From: Ginkgo biloba
Taxonomy: Eukaryota; Plantae; Ginkgophyta
DNA: 25,411 nt
Assembly: GCA_024626585.2 (NCBI GenBank)
Contig: JANKJI020000004.1
Coordinates: 11,051,315-11,076,725 of the forward strand
Direction of reading: 5' to 3'
Made by a program: the position numbers and the translations under genes. A model generated the notes under the pieces. The model made no database searches. It saw only the letters and a program-made list of their open reading frames with translations, and had not been told where the DNA came from. How positions within the stretch are numbered: the first letter of the stretch is position 1; the number at the start of each line of letters is the position of its first letter. Of this stretch, positions 21,800 to 25,411 are shown piece by piece.

Positions 21800-22424
21800 T
21801 CTCCATAGTACCAATCCATGATTGTGTGGGGATGAATCCCATAAGGAGCTTCTTGTTATCCCTCCACAATATTTGTTCATCAAAATCTCTTTCCAACTAT
21901 TTGACATTCCTTGTGGACATCATCTTTGTTCAACAATGTGACCTGAAACTCGACTTTAATGATATGGTCATAGCTTCCCTAAGTATAGTATGTAGAACCT
22001 ACATCAACTCTCTAACCAAGCAAAACTTATTACAAAAAAATATCCTACCCTATGATAAGATCCACTTAGAATATAACTTCAAAGTATTGGGCTTACAGAT
22101 CATGGGCAACTCATGCAAGACATAAAGAGACTTGTATGCTAAAACATCCAAGCCAAGATCCCACCCTACATCATTTGTTGGGAGTCATACACCCTATCAT
22201 AATAATACCAACCCTTGCAACATCTACAAAATCTATCCTTGCTTCTCGTGGGTTTAGGAATCTATACTTGCCATGTGGTTCTGAAAATCTACTTGACATG
22301 CATCGTTCCAAGTCATTAAAAATCCATGAGCTCCTTGTGCTTTCATTTCACTTCCTTTAGCTCATCAAACTTAGAGGTCAATTAGATCTTGAAACATCAC
22401 ATGTATGGAATAATCCTTATACAA
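21800..22424 (-). pseudogene. Possible heavily decayed Gypsy integrase fragment
   Basis: Minus-strand fragments YRFLNPREARI, LHELPMICKPNTLKLYSKWI and RDFDEQILWR occur in the order expected for the integrase zinc-binding region, PF.KWG.D and F..E.I..RFG. Catalytic residues are not recognisable. Confidence 0.4.
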
Positions 22425-24071
22425 NNNNNNNNNNNNNNTTGATAACCACCAATCAATGGAATGGATTGTTTCTTATATTAAGCTATGGATCAACATGATT
22501 TATGAAACTAAATATCATACTAGACATGATAATCCAATCTATAGGTTGTTTCTTACCTCATGTAGTTGTTAAGCTAATAAAATCACATTTAGTAATGACA
22601 AAAAATAATATATAAGCTTACCAACTAATCTTCCAACCAATATTTTTATTTAATTGGTAGTTCATGGGTCTTCTTTTGGTTTAGCAAATCCTATTTTGAG
22701 GCTTCTTCTCAAGGTTTTGGTAATTTACTTCAACAAACTATAATTTTCTATCTCTCTTTAATAAGGGGAATTGCCTTTTGGCCTAGTTTCAATAGGGTAG
22801 ATTGTAGAATCTTCTTCCACTAGCAAGGTTATTTATAAAATAGACTTGTCTTTCTCCGAAGTCCAAAACACTAAGTCTTATACCTTATGGATCTGGCTTG
22901 ATGAGGCAGATCTAAATAATTTAGGCCAAGTTGAAGGTTTGCATCTACTCCAAATCATAGGTAAGCTACATATGGACTGCAAATGCTAGAATGGAGTTTC
23001 TAATATGGATTGATTTCAATTATAATGAAGAAAATTCCCTTTTTGTCCTTTTCAACCAAGTCAATGCTCTTCCAAAGTTTTCTTGATGCTATGATAAAGT
23101 TAAAATATGCTCTTAAGGAAAGTTGTTGAGGGCAAACTCTCTGAGTAGCTTTTAATGAATAAGATTGAGGTAAAGGCACATTAAAAACTTGAATATGAAT
23201 ATGATGGTCAAATACTTAAATGCCTTATTGATAGACTTTAGGTTGTTGAAGCAAGCCCCATGACCCACTTTTAAAAGATGATCTTAGGCTTACTAAGGCA
23301 CCTTTGAAAGCAGTCCTTAGTCTTCACTACTCATTCCTTACCAATCATGTGGGGTCAACTAACCTTCTATATATTTGCTTCATTTCCTTAAGGTCATCTT
23401 AGCCATTTTATCCTTTTGTTTGGTTGTTTCTTGCCTCCATGTACACTTGCAACCACTTGTTTGAAAGTTGTTGATTAGGGCTATGCTTCTAGCTTTCTTT
23501 CTCTGTAAAAAAGTGATGTCTACTAATGTTAGGGACAATGCTATTTTCCAATGTCTTCACAAAGAAATTTTCATCTGAATGATAGAGATAACAAAGGAGT
23601 GAAAGAGATTGCGATATTCGGGCTGTAATACTTAAGGTCTATCTTTACCTAAATCAAAGTACATCTGCAAAAATTGTACTAAACTTACAGTATAGTTAAG
23701 GAAAAACCCTTAGAATGCAATGTGTTATGTGTTGTCGGTCACACTTCCAATCTCCATGTATATGAAGGTAAAGATATTATGTGAAGATAAAGAGATTATT
23801 ATGTTTTATGCTCAAATGCTAAAAATCCTCTAAGAAGGACTGCATCCAATACTTCCCACCACCACCTCTAAATCATTCTTGCATTTAATAGCTTTCTACA
23901 CATAAAATTATCAGCCTTGTGAACATTGAATTCATTACATACATTCGAATTGATATAACTGGAAGAGGTTCAAATATTGAATCAAATAATTTTACATTAG
24001 GTACTTTTTTTGAAAGAACCTATGAAATAGCTGTTCATGCTGATATGTTGAATGGATTTAGAATGTGGCAG

Positions 24072-25070
24072 GTTCAAACTTACAAACAGATGCCATATAT
24101 ACTCATCAGAATGCAAGAACTTCATTAGAAAATCATCACAATCATTACAGACAAGATGGACATAATCATCCTCCTCATGAGGCCTTGGGAGATAGAATGC
24201 ATCCCTATTGTGTTGAACATTGTCAAGATTCTATGAGATGTGGACTTCAACTGGAAGGGCATGCCACTATCCATCATGAACGACAAAGAGGCCTTGAAGA
24301 TATTACACATAAGGTAAAACATGCATAAAACTATATTTGGTAAACAGATTTTACTTTTTGATCTCTCTTCTAAGCATTTTGCTAATAAGACCTGCTTTAT
24401 ATCAGGTATGTTATGGTAGGCTCAGTAGCTCTAGTAGGCATAAACCCATAAGCAGTTCTGTGACATTCATAGACAATCAACTGAAAAGTAAGAAGCATGT
24501 GGTCAGGAACTAATATACTTCTTTGCCATAAGAGATGAAAGGCAGCCTGTTTCGCCTACATTTTTCACTAGTTGATGTGTGGTTTAGGCTAATGTGACCG
24601 TTGACTGAGATCTATGTATGGTTTGTTTGACCAGTAAAATATCACTATGTTTGTCATTATTGTCTCAGGGAACTCTAAGTCAACATGCAAAGTTGAAATC
24701 CTTGATGAAGCGAAGGGACGATCTCAATGCAGCCAAGCCCAAAATACGTAACTATAATCATAAGGATAATAGTAGTTAGACTGGGTTACACATCCGAAAT
24801 AATTACCTAAGGCAGATTGTAGCAACTTTGGTTGGACTGCGTTGTTGGAAACCTTTCAGAAATTCAAAGTTATTTGGAGCAATAAGATCAGGAAAAATAA
24901 GATGCCTACCTGCAGACTGCAGGTGATCATGAAAGTAATTATTTAAGCAGAGTCTTCTAACATATCAGGGCTTGTAATCTGCATTACGAGCATCTTGTCA
25001 TTCCAGGCAACATGCTGGCAAAATAGAAGAAATTTTTATGGAAACAGATGGCAAAGAAATCAAAGGATAG
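24072..25070 (+). CDS. Putative 3' part of a spliced gene of unknown product (exons 24072-24313, 24375-24405, 24669-24747, 24860-24922, 25007-25070)
   Basis: Four GT-AG introns (61, 263, 112, 84 nt) give one uninterrupted frame: SNLQTDAIYTHQNARTSLENHHNHYRQDGHNHPPHE...GLEDITHK-HFANKTCFIS-GNSKSTCKVEILDEAKGRSQCSQAQN-TNSKLFGAIRSGKIRCLPADC-RQHAGKIEEIFMETDGKEIKG*. The region retains CAG/CTG, unlike the TE debris. No domain recognised. Confidence 0.38.
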
Positions 25071-25411
25071 GTTATGGACCAAGATTTCATCAATGGAATC
25101 AAAGAAGAAACTATTATGCATCGACACCAATCAAAATAACATGTGGTTGGATAGAAGATCAAGAACGGAGAAAGTTTAGTAAAACATTGAGAACTTCTTA
25201 TCCTTTAGTTTCTTCAAAAGTCAAATTGTTAATGGATACACAAAATGGTAAAACTATTTGAAATTTATTTCCCCCAAAGTATATTTCATGGATACGTGTT
25301 TATTTAGTATGTTGATAATTGCAAATATATGAGTGTACATGAGAAGTGAATTTATGAAGTATAATGTTGAAATGTCTCCAAGAAATTTTGATGTGTGATT
25401 ATTAGTTAAAT

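Noticed and set aside
22600-23480. Possible LINE ORF1 remnants
   Set aside because: Only isolated suggestive tripeptides, with no collinear motif series.
24125-24322. Met/Ile-rich hydrophobic 65-aa ORF on minus
   Set aside because: It is the antisense shadow of the CAT-rich (His) plus-strand frame, and the splice signals favour the plus strand.
24690-24713. KLKSLMKR octapeptide shared between one frame of the 24669 exon and the gag at ~3637-3660
   Set aside because: Flanks do not align, this is not the frame that stays open after splicing, and one such match is plausible by chance in a six-frame self-comparison of AT-rich DNA.
24669-24922. Exon sizes 79 and 63 nt reminiscent of MIKC MADS I/K exons
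   Set aside because: The required phase hits a stop immediately and no K-box heptads are present.
24995-25261. 88-aa R/N/Q/W-rich ORF
   Set aside because: It starts at a non-ATG codon inside a predicted intron and is an alternative frame of the putative last exon, with no recognisable domain.

Overview
AT-rich, gap-ridden draft-assembly window from a large, methylated land-plant nuclear genome. It looks gymnosperm-like, which is an inference from the element types and from CpG/CHG depletion. Roughly 1-23 kb is old, stop-riddled transposon debris. This includes the 3' end and LTR of a Ty3/Gypsy element on - (578-1198); an Athila/Tat-type Gypsy element on + (LTR, PBS, gag with four decayed zinc knuckles, protease, RT; 2111-6412); and a Tat/Ogre-type gag scrap (6520-6745). 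It also includes a tRNA-iMet-primed Gypsy element on + (LTR end, PBS, gag, protease, RT start; 10018-13388) interrupted by an L1 LINE fragment, with inverted relatives of its LTR (9530-9917) and gag (15711-16225), and an RNase H-bearing L1 LINE on - (20615-21760). The least expected structure is an unclassified non-coding repeat of about 1 kb present as four diverged arms. These form a spacerless ~760-bp palindrome (14328-15083) and a ~1.64-kb inverted repeat (16226-17866), folded about different points of the same unit. The last ~1.5 kb looks non-TE and carries a plausible five-exon reading frame of unknown identity (24072-25070). No intact recognisable gene, RNA gene or CRISPR array was found, and I cannot claim a new biological system from sequence alone. 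All translations and alignments were done by eye.
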